From: Trichoplax sp. H2
Taxonomy: Eukaryota
DNA: 64,000 nt
Assembly (NCBI GenBank): GCA_003344405.1
Contig: NOWV01000147.1
Coordinates: forward strand, 124,001 to 188,000
Direction of reading: 5' to 3'
The translations under genes were made by a program, and so were the position numbers. How positions within the stretch are numbered: position 1 is the first letter of the stretch; each line of letters starts with the position of its first letter. The notes below the pieces were generated by a model. The model searched no databases. It was not told the origin of the DNA and worked only from the letters and a program-made list of their open reading frames with translations. Shown piece after piece: positions 39,263 through 53,385 of this stretch.

Positions 39263-42059
39263 TTAACTTGAAAGCGTAAATAAGTAGGTAAACATTGCCA
39301 GGGTAAAGACCAAGTAATGATATGGTGCGATATTTCGAGTACCACCAAAGACGCTAGAATCAAAGCTGTAGCAGCCCAGAGTCGATGTGCGAAATTTTAA
39401 CGCCGTACAAAACTCAGTCCCATTGTGGTAAAGAGAGGAAAATAACGTACCGTTGTAAATTGCCGTACGGCAATGATTGAAAATGGTGTTACAAAATGAA
39501 CTACAAATTATAAATCGACCAGCGCTTCGATTGTACCAATTTCCCTGATTGGGACTACAGAAATAACAGCGTAAGTATTCCATACGTTGCTGGCAAGGAG
39601 CAGAAGCAGAAGTTAACCTTGGCATATTATTAAATACGGAAGTGACTTCAGTACGGCGACAACATGTTTTGCTAAACCAGGTGCAATGACTAAGGCCCGC
39701 ATGAGTCTCCGGCTTTCTCGCATTACCTTGGAAAGTTATAAAGTGTACCAATGATGGTATGTTAGAGTTATTAAAATTAGTATACTAGTACAGTAGGTAA
39801 AATGGAACCACAATTTAGATCAATATTCGGTAAGCTATCATTTGTATAACCACACATCAAGTGCCGTCACTATTGAATACATTGCGTTCATTTTGACAAG
39901 TCTTTATTATTGCCTAATTTCTTATACTGTACTAGTCCATTCCTCGCTCGTTATACTTTGCGTGTTCACTGTACTAACTATACATATCTCTTTCACTTTA
40001 TATCATTACTGATTCATTAAGCAAGGATATCGCAGCATACGTGAGATTGCTATTAATCACATGCTCCTTTCGTATACACTTTATCAAGTTGTCATCACTA
40101 TCTCTGCCAATGTACTCGTACATTATGACAGACACTACACCACAACACAGACAGCTACATTACTGAGAACGAATTGGATAAGATAGTGTAATAGTTGAAG
40201 TATCAGCAGCGATGGGGTAAACGAAATATTGTGAGTAGTTTTGATACTTTAGGATAGTCTCGTGTGCATGGTGTAGGAGAAAGAAGTCAAATCAATCAAT
40301 ACTATGCCTATTTTATTTCTCGTATAGCACTCTAGTATCAACTAAGTTACATGTAATTCCGTAATTGTAAATTTATACGGTAAGCGAAATAGATCGCAGT
40401 GATTAATCATTGTACACAAGAGACCCTGTAACATTTTTTAGCAACGATTTCAGAGCCTTTGCCAGTCTCTCTTTTGTACAGCGTCGCTATTGTATATTAC
40501 TAGTAATGTTAAAGCGATGGGTAGGCTCTTTTACAAGAAAGTAACTTTACCCAATGCTAGCTAGTATAGACGTTGAAAAAGATATAGGTGTACACTGTCT
40601 AGTCAGGGATTTTCTTACAAGTCCATGGTAAATGTTGTGCGGTAGTTGAGAAATTAATTCAGTAGGACGAGTAGCACGCTACGTCGTCAGATTGAAAACC
40701 GCAGTGTACAACATTGGTCAAAGCCACTGTTGTTGGCATAAAGAAGAAGGACATTTTGGATGATTATCTATCATTATATAATAAATGATGGTTCTCTATC
40801 ACTTCATGTAACTACTGTACTATGGTGATTGATGTTCAGCCTTGTTTGTCCATTTTGCAATGGCGGTTGATCTTGCTCGTATGTAAAGACAAAAGTGGTC
40901 AGAGATAATACTACTATATTTCAAGCTTCCTCAGCGTTGATTGAGTTATTTTAATGCCAGCCTCTCCTTGTTTGCATTCTTTTTATATAACTAGACTACT
41001 TTTGACCCCGTATCAAGTAAACAAGACGTTGCAATGGATAGTCAAAAGTATAGGAGAAATACTTGCAGAAGCAGCGTACAGTAGACTGCAAACTCGAATA
41101 AGGGCCTTAAGGCAGATACATGGTATGCATTATTCACTACTCTAGCCATGATGCACTGATGTGCTGTACTTTGTGAACTCCACAGGCAAGATTTTGATGA
41201 TCGCCTTGAATAGTACGTTATCAAGTTCAATTGAACTGATGGCTAAGAGGGAAATGTGAAATGATGGCTAGTAATCACAACAGTGACGGCTGACTGAGTA
41301 CCAAATATGAAAAGCTATTGGATCAAGCATCATCATAGTAGCATACAGCAACGAATGGATTGGTTGACGAGTTGTTTAGCAATCAAGAATGAAATGGGCG
41401 ACTAACAACAGTATGTCGATTTGAGTTGATTTCCGTAAGTAGGATTGGTCCCTGTCCGCAGGGACTCCTTTTTTCCTTTTGGTAGTCGCTGCTATCTGTT
41501 GTATGTTACGTTTAAGGATAGAGTAAGATTGGAGTGTCGATTAAGCTGGAAGTGATAGCCCTTGTTGGTAGTTGTTGGCTCTACGTGTACACAACACTAT
41601 CCATCACCCCTATTCGATTCTATGACTGGCGATATGGCAGCCATGAAAGTTAACATGATTCGTTGTTATTCACGATGATGATGATGATAATAACAACAAT
41701 AATATACGGTAGACGAGCGTATGATTAATTGAAGTAGCAAGTATTCATCTACCCCACTGCCTTTCGTCATCGATCCATCAGTCTAATAGCAATGGTTATC
41801 CGACTATACAAGCCATCATCCACCTGGATACCATGTTGCAAAAGCGAAATTAACAATCACATTAACATTTATCAAGCCGTGAAATAGCGCCATTGGGCAT
41901 TTTCGATGGCTTTTTCTCCCTACTCTCCACTTGTATAATGTATAGGTGGACAATTGTTGTTCATACTATTGACTTTATCTTACCGAAATAAGGACATTCT
42001 TGACCATGAACCATCCAAGCTGTACAAAGGATGCAAATAACTAAAGCTTTGAATCGCAT
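39263..42059 (-). CDS. Secreted/GPI-anchored folate-receptor-family (FOLR/NPC1-NTD-like) cysteine-rich protein
   Basis: Exon 1 (42059-41984) encodes signal peptide MRFKALVICILCTAWMVHG, followed by a phase-1 intron 41983-39727 and exon 2 (39726-39263). The cysteine pattern C.W.S.TCC...C...ME.L.CYFCSPNQ..W...IC.SFC...F..C and a hydrophobic C-terminal tail fit this family. Confidence 0.75.
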
Positions 42060-42299
42060 ATCCACATATCAATCGTAAACCACTAGCAAGGCTGAAAGTA
42101 TCAAAACTAGATAGAAGAGTAATTAGTAATTACAATTAATATCCAAAGGTGGTGTGGAATGGCTGCTTGATTGGCTCTTGACGAAGATGCTTTTGATGCC
42201 TGCGATACTGATACTACTCTACTATCCAATGTGTATACAGTATACCAGTGTTAGCATAATAGTACAAAAGAGCAGCAGACAAGCATAGCATGCCTGACC

Positions 42300-42950
42300 A
42301 ACCGTGTCATACTGTAGTACTAGTACGGAACGGTACGGTACAGTATGACTTGACAGGATAGGACGGATCGACGGATAATCGTCATGCATGGAGAAAATTA
42401 TGCAAATGAGAATAAAGCGAAACGGTATGGTACAGTACGGTACAGTACAGTACAATGAAGCTTATCAAACTATACTGGCCTGGTCCGGTCCGGTCCGGGC
42501 CAGGCCCAGTTAGAGAGAAATGATGGAGACTAGGTAGAACGTCTGGGAGAATACTGTATCTCTATGGAAATTGTATCCATGTATTGTACAGTATAGTGGA
42601 GATAGGCAGAAATGATATAGGAGATCGTGTAGCTCTGAGAATAGTGGATCTCTATAGAAACTGCATCGAGAGATGGATTGTACACTACAACTCCGACAGT
42701 AGACTGCATCTCTATAGAAACTCTATCCATGTATTGTACACTTTGGAACACACTCCTCGGACAGGCGGACCTTGCCTAGCGGACAGTGGACAGCAGGACT
42801 CTATCTGACATCCAGTACTACTGTATTATCAACTGGCCTAATCAACACTATGTCACGACATACTGACGTCTGTAGTCGCGTGTTACTGTATCAACGATGA
42901 ACCACTTTGCAACAGGACTCGGACGGCGTCCTACCGTCCGAGTCCTATGT
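42300..42950. promoter_or_regulatory. Divergent promoter region between the FOLR-like gene and UBL5
   Basis: TACWGTA/TACGGTA clusters at 42310-42345 and 42430-42455, (GGTCC)n at 42476-42508 and a 13-bp inverted repeat at 42914-42946. Confidence 0.55.
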
Positions 42951-43488
42951 CCTGCACAACACCATACAGGATAGGATGTACAGCAGAATAACGTAGCAAC
43001 TACAGCTATCTACTGCTCATGACAGTGCTATGCGCTGTAGTAAATGACCTAACTAGAGCACTACTGCCTACTGTAGCTGACTGGAGTCAAAACAGTAGAA
43101 GAACAACATTTCCTGCTCTCAACGTGGCTGCGATCTTCAATCCATCATTTAGTAAGTTTTATTGCAGTTTTCACTCCGATACTGTTGGTAGATTGCTATT
43201 GACTTCAACTCTAATAGTTAGATGCAGTATTGTTGCACGATTGAAACTTTGATTAGGAATACAAGTTGAAGAATATACATTACAACACTAGAATAGGTTG
43301 GAACAGTAACAGTGCCATCTAAATTCTACTGTACAGTGTACAGCTTAAGTGGATTAAAATGGACGTAATATGATGTGTACAATTCATCATCATTTTCATG
43401 TAATATACTATGCTTCCCTATGGTCATTATAGAACAGAACAAGGCATCGCAATATCTTTGCTTACAATTAAATACTTTGCAACTCAAC

Positions 43489-44608
43489 ATGATTGAAATC
43501 ATATGCAACGATCGACTTGGCAAGAAAGTACGAGTAAAGTGCAAGTATGTTAGCCAAAATGAATGCTATTCAATAGTACAAATGGATTGCATAGCTAATT
43601 ATTGTATAATTATGGACCTAAAAATCACTGTGTCTCATCAATAAACTTATCATACATATTGAATCTTATATTCTATAGTGAAAATGATACAATTGGTGAC
43701 TTGAAAAAGCTAATAGCGGCGCAAACTGGTACAAAATGGGACAAAATTATGCTCAAGAAATGGTAACATTACTGCCATCGATCGAGTACTTGTAGTGATT
43801 TTCGTATAGTGATGTACTGTACTTTGAAATGTTGTTGATAGTATAGTATTTTCAGATAAAGCGCACAGCACAAATAGACACTGCTATGAAAGTTGTTAGT
43901 TGTTTGACCAGTCTATATATTGATTATCTATTATAGACTAGCAAAATAGGTTAGTAGATCACTTTCGCACATACTCAGTAAGCAGTGTCACGTATTTGAA
44001 ATGATAGATTGATCCTAAAGTTGAGCATATTGCCAGACTGACTACGTTAAGCCCTTTTCATTGCTATATACGCTCTTTTACTAAATTTCTAGGTATACAA
44101 TCTATAAGGACCATATCACTGTAGGTGATTGTATCTTTTATAATAAACGTAAAATATACGTCTGTAAGAATTACAATATTTCAATGTCAAAATGAGTAAA
44201 TCTGAAACTTGGTGAAATCGTCACTGATGACGTAAATGCAATTTTACTCTACAAGATACAAACATGCCTTAATTGAACCATACAGATTTCCAACCTGTAA
44301 GAATTTCAGTTTCTCCTATAATTGCTTATAAAAATTGACGTAACTGTACGAGTATATCTACACTAGCAGTGTTGACCTGAATAGATTGATCTATTTCCTT
44401 ATTATAACCGATGAACGAGTTTGCATCTGGATTTATTAATTTCTCAGTAATAGTAAAGCTAAACGTTACTACAATAGGATTATTCAGTGTAGACGGCGTC
44501 TATATTCCGGTATTTACTTGATGATATTTTACGTACGTATTGAGTCCTTAACCTTTGCGCTCAGATGAAATACGCGATGGTATGAATTTGGAACTTTACT
44601 ATCAGTAG
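43489..44608 (+). CDS. UBL5: Ubiquitin-like protein 5 (Hub1)
   Basis: Exons 43489-43544, 43679-43762, 44093-44130 and 44565-44608 give [73 protein letters not shown]. Confidence 0.97.
44131..44564 (+). other. U12-type GT-AG intron in UBL5
   Basis: 5' end GTATCTTTT; perfect U12 branch TCCTTAAC at 44545-44552, just upstream of the AG at 44563-44564; little polypyrimidine tract. Confidence 0.85.
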
Positions 44609-45620
44609 CTGATGATATAATAGCTCCATAGCAATGGCGTCATGAATACTTTCCGGTAATCATTGGATTGTCTCAAGATAGGAACCACCATATTAACAGT
44701 AAATTCATCATCCTATGCTTCCTTTAAGTTCCTGGTAGGCATCAAAATATGCTAGCATTTTGTGTCTTTAAACATTTATTGAATGCTATCTTGTATTAAA
44801 TCTTCTACTCTGAAACATGATACCATACTGCGAGATAACCCATCCAATTGTTACATTGTACTGTACGATAGCCTATATTTATGATAATGAAGCGTAATAT
44901 TGTACTCGATTTGAATAATTGTGTCGTTGTTAACATTAGTTTAAATTACGAATAACTTTTTGGTGGACTTGGTGGACCTGCTTTATGAATGAACTATGTG
45001 TCATTCGTTGTAAGTCGATTTCACTCACGGTTAAATTTCTACTCGACATGTATTCACAACATGTTTATATACAATAAAGTTCAATATAATTGCCAGTACA
45101 TTGTTAACTGGTTTAGATTTATTACACCAGGCGATAAAGGAATATTCATTATTCGTATAGCTATTTACAAAAAATAATGAGTGATTAATAATAATATTAA
45201 ATAGCTTTTACATATTCATGTTTCACTGCTAATTATCATGTAGGCAAAGTACAAGATGCCATAATTCTATAAAACTAGTCGGCAGTTTAAATTCGGTTGT
45301 ATCTATGAATTTATGCAGCAATTGTATTACTAGTATACGCGTATAATAGCTCAGATCGGTGAATTCCTACCGTGAATTGCATGAATAAGCAGCATACGAT
45401 TGTGGATGTTTAAGACATTTCTAAAACTGTAACGAGTTGTTAAGCCAACAAGACTACAGCTAACGTGATTAGATTATAAAAGTGTTAACATACTAATTGA
45501 ATTCAACTTATCCATAGCCCAACCTTAGCCCTACTGTAAATAAACTCTACCGATACTGTATTCTTTCTCGAAAATTCTACAAGACGAATCTTATATCCAT
45601 CTACAGCAACGATATACCGT

Positions 45621-46113
45621 GCATTTCTATAATTTATATATAATGTGCACTATCAGCTGGTAGATACACTCAATTTTACATGGTTGCGAGCATGTAATCG
45701 CCTATACTCTACAATGTACATACAGCATTTATATAATTTATATATACTGTAATGTGAACCATCAGCTGGTAGATAGACTCAATTCTACATAGTTGCAAAC
45801 ATGTAATCGCCTATACATATAGCATTTATAAAATTTATATATAATGTGCACTATCAGCTGGTAGACACACTCAATTTTACATGGTTGCGAGCATGTAATC
45901 GCCTATACTCTACAATGTACATATAGCATTTATGTAATTTATATATACTGTAATGTGAACCATCAGCTGGTAGATAGACTCAATTCTACATAGTTGCAAA
46001 CATGTAATCACCTATACATATAGCATTTATATAATTTATTTATATATAATATGCACCATCAGCTGGTCGATAGACTCAATTCTACATAGTTGCAAACATG
46101 TAATCGCCTATAC
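45621..46113. repeat. Tandem minisatellite, ~97-104-bp unit, 5 copies arranged A-B-A-B-B'
   Basis: Copies start at about 45621, 45725, 45822, 45926 and 46023. Shared core atcagctggtaga.a.actcaatt.tacat.gttgc.a.catgtaatc.cctatac. Confidence 0.9.
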
Positions 46114-46429
46114 TGTACTTATAGCTCAGTTGCTAGCTGCCTGTCCAAGTGGATCTCAACGCTATAGTGAGTACACTGTCAACACATGTACAATATGACT
46201 GAATATAAAATTTAAGGTACTGTACGGTATACTGTACTACTGTCGATGGTATGCAGTACTCCATCATACAGTATCAACAAATAGAAGTAATTATATCAGG
46301 AATCTTAGCACTTGCTGCGAAGCTGATCACTATAGCACACAAATCCTGGCCAACATTGGATGCTAAGCATCTCCAGCTACGAATATTTTAGCTTTCTGCA
46401 GACGATTTTCGACTTAGATCAATTCAGCG

Positions 46430-48933
46430 ATGCCTAAAAATACAATAACTGATTCGATTGTATCTGGTGCAGAAGCCTCCAAGATCGTGATGATACAAGG
46501 TAATCAAGAGCAGCTGTAGCTAATCTTGTAACATATACAAAAGTAGTGCAGATTTCCGAGATTTCCTACATCCAACTTGATCTCTTAGCAATGACAATCT
46601 TGATAAACTGTAGGTACGGTCAATACTGCCATAAAATGGATACCTTGATAATTTACTATGGCATCCTTAGTGCTAATAGGAGTCTTATTAGCGTTTACAG
46701 TAACGAAATCATTCAAATTTGTAGCATTCATTTTACTATCGTACATCGTTCTGCAAATGTCTCTGCAGCGCCAGAATTGAAGCGCTGACATGAATGAGAT
46801 AGTCCTTCATCAGTATGTAATACCTAGTAGTACTTACTCTGCTGCTGAAACACTTGCATGGAGTTAACCAGTCATAAAGACAATCGACACTTTTTTAGTG
46901 CTCATAGATTATATATTCAGTTCGATATACTCATGACATGAAAACAGTTGAAAGTACAGAGCGGTAAAATTCCGACTTAAACTCAAAATTTACTGTTCCA
47001 ATGCATAGATAATCTGCAGCATAACGGGAGAGCTTTTCTTAAGGGATATATAGAAAAACTAGTTAAAAGGTAAGTTTGAAAATGTACACAGTGGTTTCTC
47101 AGTTAATTATACGGAACATTTTACTGGATACAGTATAATAAATTGTTAAATAATTTTCGATTAGGGTCGATATTGTGCATATCTTCGTCCTCGATCTAGC
47201 GATCGAAAGTTACAAGCAGTATTTGACGTCAAAACGTTACAAGAAAAAGTAAGATATAAAAGATTTACCTCCTAAGTAACACCAGTCAATTGTATTTTAA
47301 AAATTCTTACCAATATCATCATAAATAAGATCTTGATATCAACCCTACGATCAATGCTTGAACTACTTGTATATTCACTTTATACTTATACTGTATATCT
47401 AGAATTATATTACATGACGGTTACTCTGATGTGGTCGGATGGGATAATAGCGGGTAACTTATCAACGTTATGTTAATCGATTATACATATTGTAAAAAGT
47501 TATTGTTAAGGTTTTATGCAATATGTATAGTAACTAGATTAATATCTATCGTTTATCCCATTGCAGCCAACAAGATTGCATTCGCTGGCAATCACCAGAT
47601 GGCATCTATCAGCAATTTAATAATGCGCTAAAGAAAAATAAAAGTAATCACCACGAGCATTGCTACGGATTATTTTACAACTATGCACAGAAACATTACA
47701 AAATCCAAATCGTGCAGTAAAGTTGTATATAATAACACTACACCTGATACAATCTATGCAGAGCTTATAAAGATAGTAAAGTAGTTTATCAACCAATAGC
47801 TGACATGGTTTTATTTCTAATAGATATCTCCAATGCTGCATCGGTAGCTGTTGTAGTCGATTCCTTAAGCCCATTTTTATCGCACAACTCTACTAATCAT
47901 GTCTGCCTAAGTCTACAACAGCTAATGATGCCAGATACAAACATTAATCAAGGTAATTCAAAATTTTGAAAAAGACTATAAAAAGTTTGTAGATCTAATG
48001 TCTCCAATGTCATCATTCTTTTAAATTACAAATAATCACTTTTCGCCACTTTTTAGAGGACCTTAAGATAACTCAAATAGTCGCATTACTACATTCTGAC
48101 CTACACGATGACTATGAAATATCTGCCATGAAGCACATCGCATCAACAACTATTAGCCTTTGTGAAATGAGTATTGAGGACAAGTTAAAATTTGACGATT
48201 TAGGTTATAAATCGATCGCTTCATCATTGCAATAAATAATCACCATTAGGCAGGCAATATTGAAATCTATCTTAATTATACATTGCTTAGAAAATACATT
48301 TTATTTCGGCTTATGCAAAACAAATCACATCAAGAAATCTGGAAAAATAATAAATAAGGTATTTGCTACATATGTTCAAATAAGGGAAGACATCTAAAAA
48401 TCGGCATTTCTTGTTGATAACAGTATGTCGACATAGTGTTATCTCGTAAAATTTTAATTTTTCTGCCTTTTTCAATATTAGAAAGAAGTTTATGGTATTT
48501 ATAATGATTTCGTGATTCGGATATTTGAATATCACCAGACTGATATTAAATCTTCTACATTGGATAAAAGTACTTCGGTAAGCAGAAGGCTACATTCGTT
48601 CTCATGTATTATAATCATCTGAACCACATAGTATTCCTGAAACAGAATAATTCTACTAGGTATAAGTTACTTTACACGTGTCTAAATTAGATACTACGTA
48701 TCATGTGTTATTTTTAGTCTGATCCAACAGAAAATCTCACTTTCAACTTAAAGCTAACACAATCAGAAAAACAAGCAAGGTCTCGTTTGAAATTGCCTTA
48801 TACCTACAGCGATGAACGTAAAGCAGCTGAATTAAGTCAGCCTACCGCATCTTCTGGTGGTAAAATATTTTATCAACCAGATGAAGTCGATGACTTTGAT
48901 GAAGAAGATCCAGATGATGATCTTGACATATAA
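46430..48933 (+). CDS. ELP5: Elongator complex protein 5
   Basis: The first exon is 46430-46499. Further exons start at 47009, 47165, 47403, ~47567, 47824, 48057, 48291, 48482 and 48718. Motifs VVVDSLS, ALLHSDLH and the C-terminal NLTFNLKLT..EKQAR..L.LPY...IFYQPDEVDDFDEEDPDDDLDI match ELP5. Confidence 0.88.
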
Positions 48934-50327
48934 TGCTACCTTATGCAAGACTTGATCTGAAGATTTTTCTTGACGAATTTGGGTTTTGTCATTTTATCAC
49001 TGCAGCATTTCTGTCTTTTAAAAAGTTAACTGCTAGTTACTGAATTATGTAAATATTTTAATTATTGCGTGCAAATTACGGTACAATTCGCTCCATCCAC
49101 AGCTGAAAAGCTAATTTTTTAAGCTCATTACCAAACGTAAATTGCACAAACTCTTACGGAACCCAATCATTTGAATCACATAGCTGAAAAACGTGTATAC
49201 TTATAGCACTCTAATGTACTAACCACTGTACGTACATTATTCGTTGACTTTTGGAACCCAACTTATTACCATTGAATTGTAACAAATCATTCAGATCCAG
49301 CAATACAAATTGATTTTTATGATCATTCATATCGTCCGATACGACAATTAAAGTACTGTAAAAAATTTTTTACTTAATTATAATTGACCATACTCATGGT
49401 CAAGACTTTATTGAGATTATCTGGTACATATAAGGCTTTCATTTATATTACATCATTTGAATTATGGTTTTTATAAGGTATCCATTGAAAGTCAATATAT
49501 ATTAAACATGAATGTAGGTTCTAAATTTTCCTACGGCATGTCACATAATTCTATATCAAACAAGATATTGAAAGTTTATACAAGATTTTATATTTAAATA
49601 AAGTATCAAGTTTATCTCAACGTAACAGTACCATATTTTGTTTTTTGGTTCCACACTTTGGTAACTTATTTCAGTACTAAGTAATGTACTAGTGTTATCA
49701 ATATCTTTCATAAAGTGATCTGGATTTCTTGCTATATTAAGGAATTATAGTTTCTTGGTATCTGACATTATCAGTTAACGTTAATGAATTAACAGGCATA
49801 TATAATATCCTCTCAATACATCAATAGCTGTGCTTGTATCCAAAGAATATTGAACTTGCACTATACTGTACGACTATTCATAAAGCATTATTAAAATATT
49901 TTAACCTATATTCCTGCAATTACTTTGCAGTAACGTAAGTACTTACTTAAATAATAGTAGACTGTAACTGGCAAAATTTACGCACAGGGTAAAAAACACC
50001 ATTAATTGATCATAAATCTGGATCCATGTATCTTATAAAAGATAATTTACAAATTTGCTAAACTATCACTATAGTATTCATTATTACGTTGCAATCTTAT
50101 TACACGATAAGGTGCAATTTATTTAATTAATGTTATTAAGAATTTCAGGGTAACATCATATTTTACACTGCCAAAGTAGATATCTAATTTACAATAAGAT
50201 CGTAATATAATTATGGATCATCGATAAGGGAAGATATTACAGTATAATATATACGAATAATAATAGCGATTTAATAAAACAGTGCATAATTTAAAAATAC
50301 CTCGAACTATTTAAGTTGTATTTTTTT

Positions 50328-51124
50328 TCATCTGCTCTGTAAATACAATAGTGTTCTCTGCTTTATATCCGCTTCAGCAATAGTCATTGATAAATTATCA
50401 AATTCGCGTTTAGGAATTTCATTAGTAACAAGTATAAGACTTAAAACTTCAAGAGATTTGGCAGCGTAAGCAGCATATCGAATGATGTCATTTAAAGTAT
50501 TACTTCGCCGAAACCATCTTTCGATCCTTTTTCCATTATTAAGCTTAACGGCTAACATAATACGATCTTCATCTTGATCATCTGGTTCTGGTGGTATAGG
50601 AATTTGTCGCCATGATTTCTAAATAAAATATTGACAACCATAAATATGATATCAGCTAGTCAGAAGAATAAAACACTGTATGATGGTAAAGTATAATAAA
50701 GTTATAATTTTATCTAGCTTACCGGATCGCTCGCTCTTCTAGCTAAATGATTTCGTTTAAAAGTCGACGTTGTTGCATTGCTATTGGGAGGATGCGGTCG
50801 GAAAATTGGTGTTACTGTTTTAATGTCAACTGTGTCTCGGTTACCAATAGAAGGCAATCGTTTATATTTAGATAGAGACGCTGCGGTTGATTCAGGTGCT
50901 GGAGGGAAATTAGGCAATGCGGAATCTTGCGATAGCCCTCGAACTAATGGTTTACTGCTTGATGCAGTTACATAGGTTGATTGAAGCTCTGATTTTGTAT
51001 TATCAGGAGCGGTATGAGTCCTTTCACTTGAATGCTGATGATATGAAGGAGACGAAGGAAGGCTAGTAGGTGGAGGTCGTCGCCGTCCCTTTGCTGATTG
51101 TGGTCGATTTCTTGTAGAGCTCAT
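50328..51124 (-). CDS. UBXN10: UBX domain-containing protein 10 (ciliary p97 adaptor)
   Basis: Exons 51124-50723 and 50618-50328. RPQSAKGRRRP and SLSKYKRLPSI motifs plus a C-terminal UBX domain (PPEP...IMLAVKLNNGKRIERWF) match UBXN10. Confidence 0.85.
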
Positions 51125-53371
51125 TATAGTTGGCAGCCACAAAATTCATATAATTAAATTGACAACTTTCCAAGATTTGAAGATACCATCACACTCTTTT
51201 TATTTTAAGCAATTCTTACAAAATCTGTAATCATAAATTAAATGTTTTTGAATGACAATATTATTATCAACAAGATATTTTTATATCATAATACTAGTGC
51301 TATCTAATACTTTTACTTAAAATTTAAGTTTACATCTATGAAATATTTAGTTATAAAAAAATAACGATATACCGTAGCTTGCGTTTGTTATTAAAATAGT
51401 TTAGGTTCTATGTTATGAGTTACTGCATTGTAAATTGACCTGGTGCGCTTTTAGATGACTACTACATGGCATGCACAACTTTCATATAGCAAATATGGCA
51501 CCGTAATATAAAATTTTGTTAAATACTGTAGTCATTTAACGATCGCTACAAAAAGCTTCCAAAGTATATTAAACTCAAAGCGTTTCATTTACTCACTTAA
51601 CCGGATGTCTGTACAGGTATAGAAATACGAAAGAACACTAAAGTGAATACGTTAGCTTCAAAAGCTGATTATTGCTTTAAAATTTTACGTAACTATCTTA
51701 GATAATGATTAAACAACACACTGTACCGTCATAGTATATATCGTTACACATGCTGCGTATAGCAGAATATTTGCGTTTATCCTAAAAACTATTGCTGCTA
51801 TCGCACATAACTCTCCCTATACTTCAGTAACCGAAAACTTAATATTGTTCTATCTGATATGGACTAAGACAATGCACTCGTTTTATTAATATCTATAGGC
51901 TTCCAAATATTATATTGTAGTATTTCATTGACAATATAGTAATTCTAGTACAAAAATATTAATCCTCGTTATATTGACTTAAACTTGTAGTTCTTATTGA
52001 GTTGGAATGGTACCGGTAATTATCGTGCTTTATCTGATTTATTGAGCACAGATTTATTCTACGCTACTATACGTAGTAGATTTACTCGACTGATTAAATC
52101 GTGGTATTGATAACGGAGAATGGAAAATTAATATTAAGGAGGTATTAGCTATAAACTACCTCATGCTACAAATATAGTATTCAATACCATACTGTTTATG
52201 ACTATTATAACATATTTCATAGGTATTCAATCGTATGGAATTAAAACTTTAGTAGTGACCGTAATTTAATCTGATTAACTTTCTCACTTCACCCTCTTCA
52301 GTACTACTTTGGAAAATATAGACGGTATATAATTATATAGTATACTCGTATACGCCTCTCTAAGAATAGAATGGGAAGTAAAATGCGAATAGCTATGCTT
52401 ATATCTACAGCATAATGATCATTCACAGTGACCACTGGCATATTAAGCTTGGTCATATATGCGGTTTAGGAGGAACGTTAATACCCCACTACGCCTAACT
52501 TATTGATAGACAGAGTCACAATGATACATAATCAACCTATTTTAGTCAACCATAAGATAGGGTATACTCGTCCATATATCTATTTCATATTTAAAAATCA
52601 TTGACAGTTTATCAATCTCAGTCCGCGACTGTATTGCGTATTTTTGTAGTTCATTATCATAATCACAACCGTTCTTTGTATGCCTCTAATATTCGAGATT
52701 AGAATTCTCTGTATAAATTGTCCCTACCCGTCCCCATGCATGTCTAATCTGCGAGTATATAAATAAGTTATAAATACCTTCTTTTTTTTCCATTATTTCA
52801 TTGAAAACCTGTACTTCTTTCCTATATTCACAGCCAAGAATAAATTTAAATATTCCGATCGGCAAATAATTTTCCTCAAGTCTATCATACGCGTAAAAGG
52901 AAGTTCTTCAATCATTGACCAATATAATCAATTCAGATGTCAAGCAAGTACATCCTGGGCTCAATCATATTGCCTTTGTGGGTGGGTGGAAAATATCACC
53001 AATAGAACCAGTAATCGTTGGCTATAACTTTAATCTTATAGCAACATAAACTAAAGTTGTAATATGGATATTGACCGTTGTCCAATAAGACTGCAAATAG
53101 GGAAAATGGTCAATACAGTAGATTAATTGCTTCTACAGTATACAGGAATATTCTACCCATATCAAGCAGTCGATGGTATACTATTCCGTGTTGATTGGCC
53201 AAAGTATGAGGTTGCTTACTCCGCATGAATAACAGTACTCAATCAGTAGTTATATTGATAGTATTTAGTAAGATTCAATTTGAAAAATTGGGAAATGGTT
53301 TCCCATGATCGTTGATGGCCGTAGTCTGCGCTCTGCAGGTGCAATCGGAGCCTGGCTGAGAGGCGTCCCCC

Positions 53372-53385
53372 GTTCCTATGACAAC
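53372..53385. promoter_or_regulatory. RFX X-box on the UBXN10 side of the UBXN10/DDX19 divergent promoter
   Basis: GTTCCTATGACAAC matches the RFX consensus GTTNCYATGRCAAC. Confidence 0.55.

Noticed and set aside
42555-42740. Imperfect short direct repeats (atctctat.gaaa.t..atc, three copies)
   Set aside because: A small degenerate local duplication with no termini or target-site duplication to support a mobile element.
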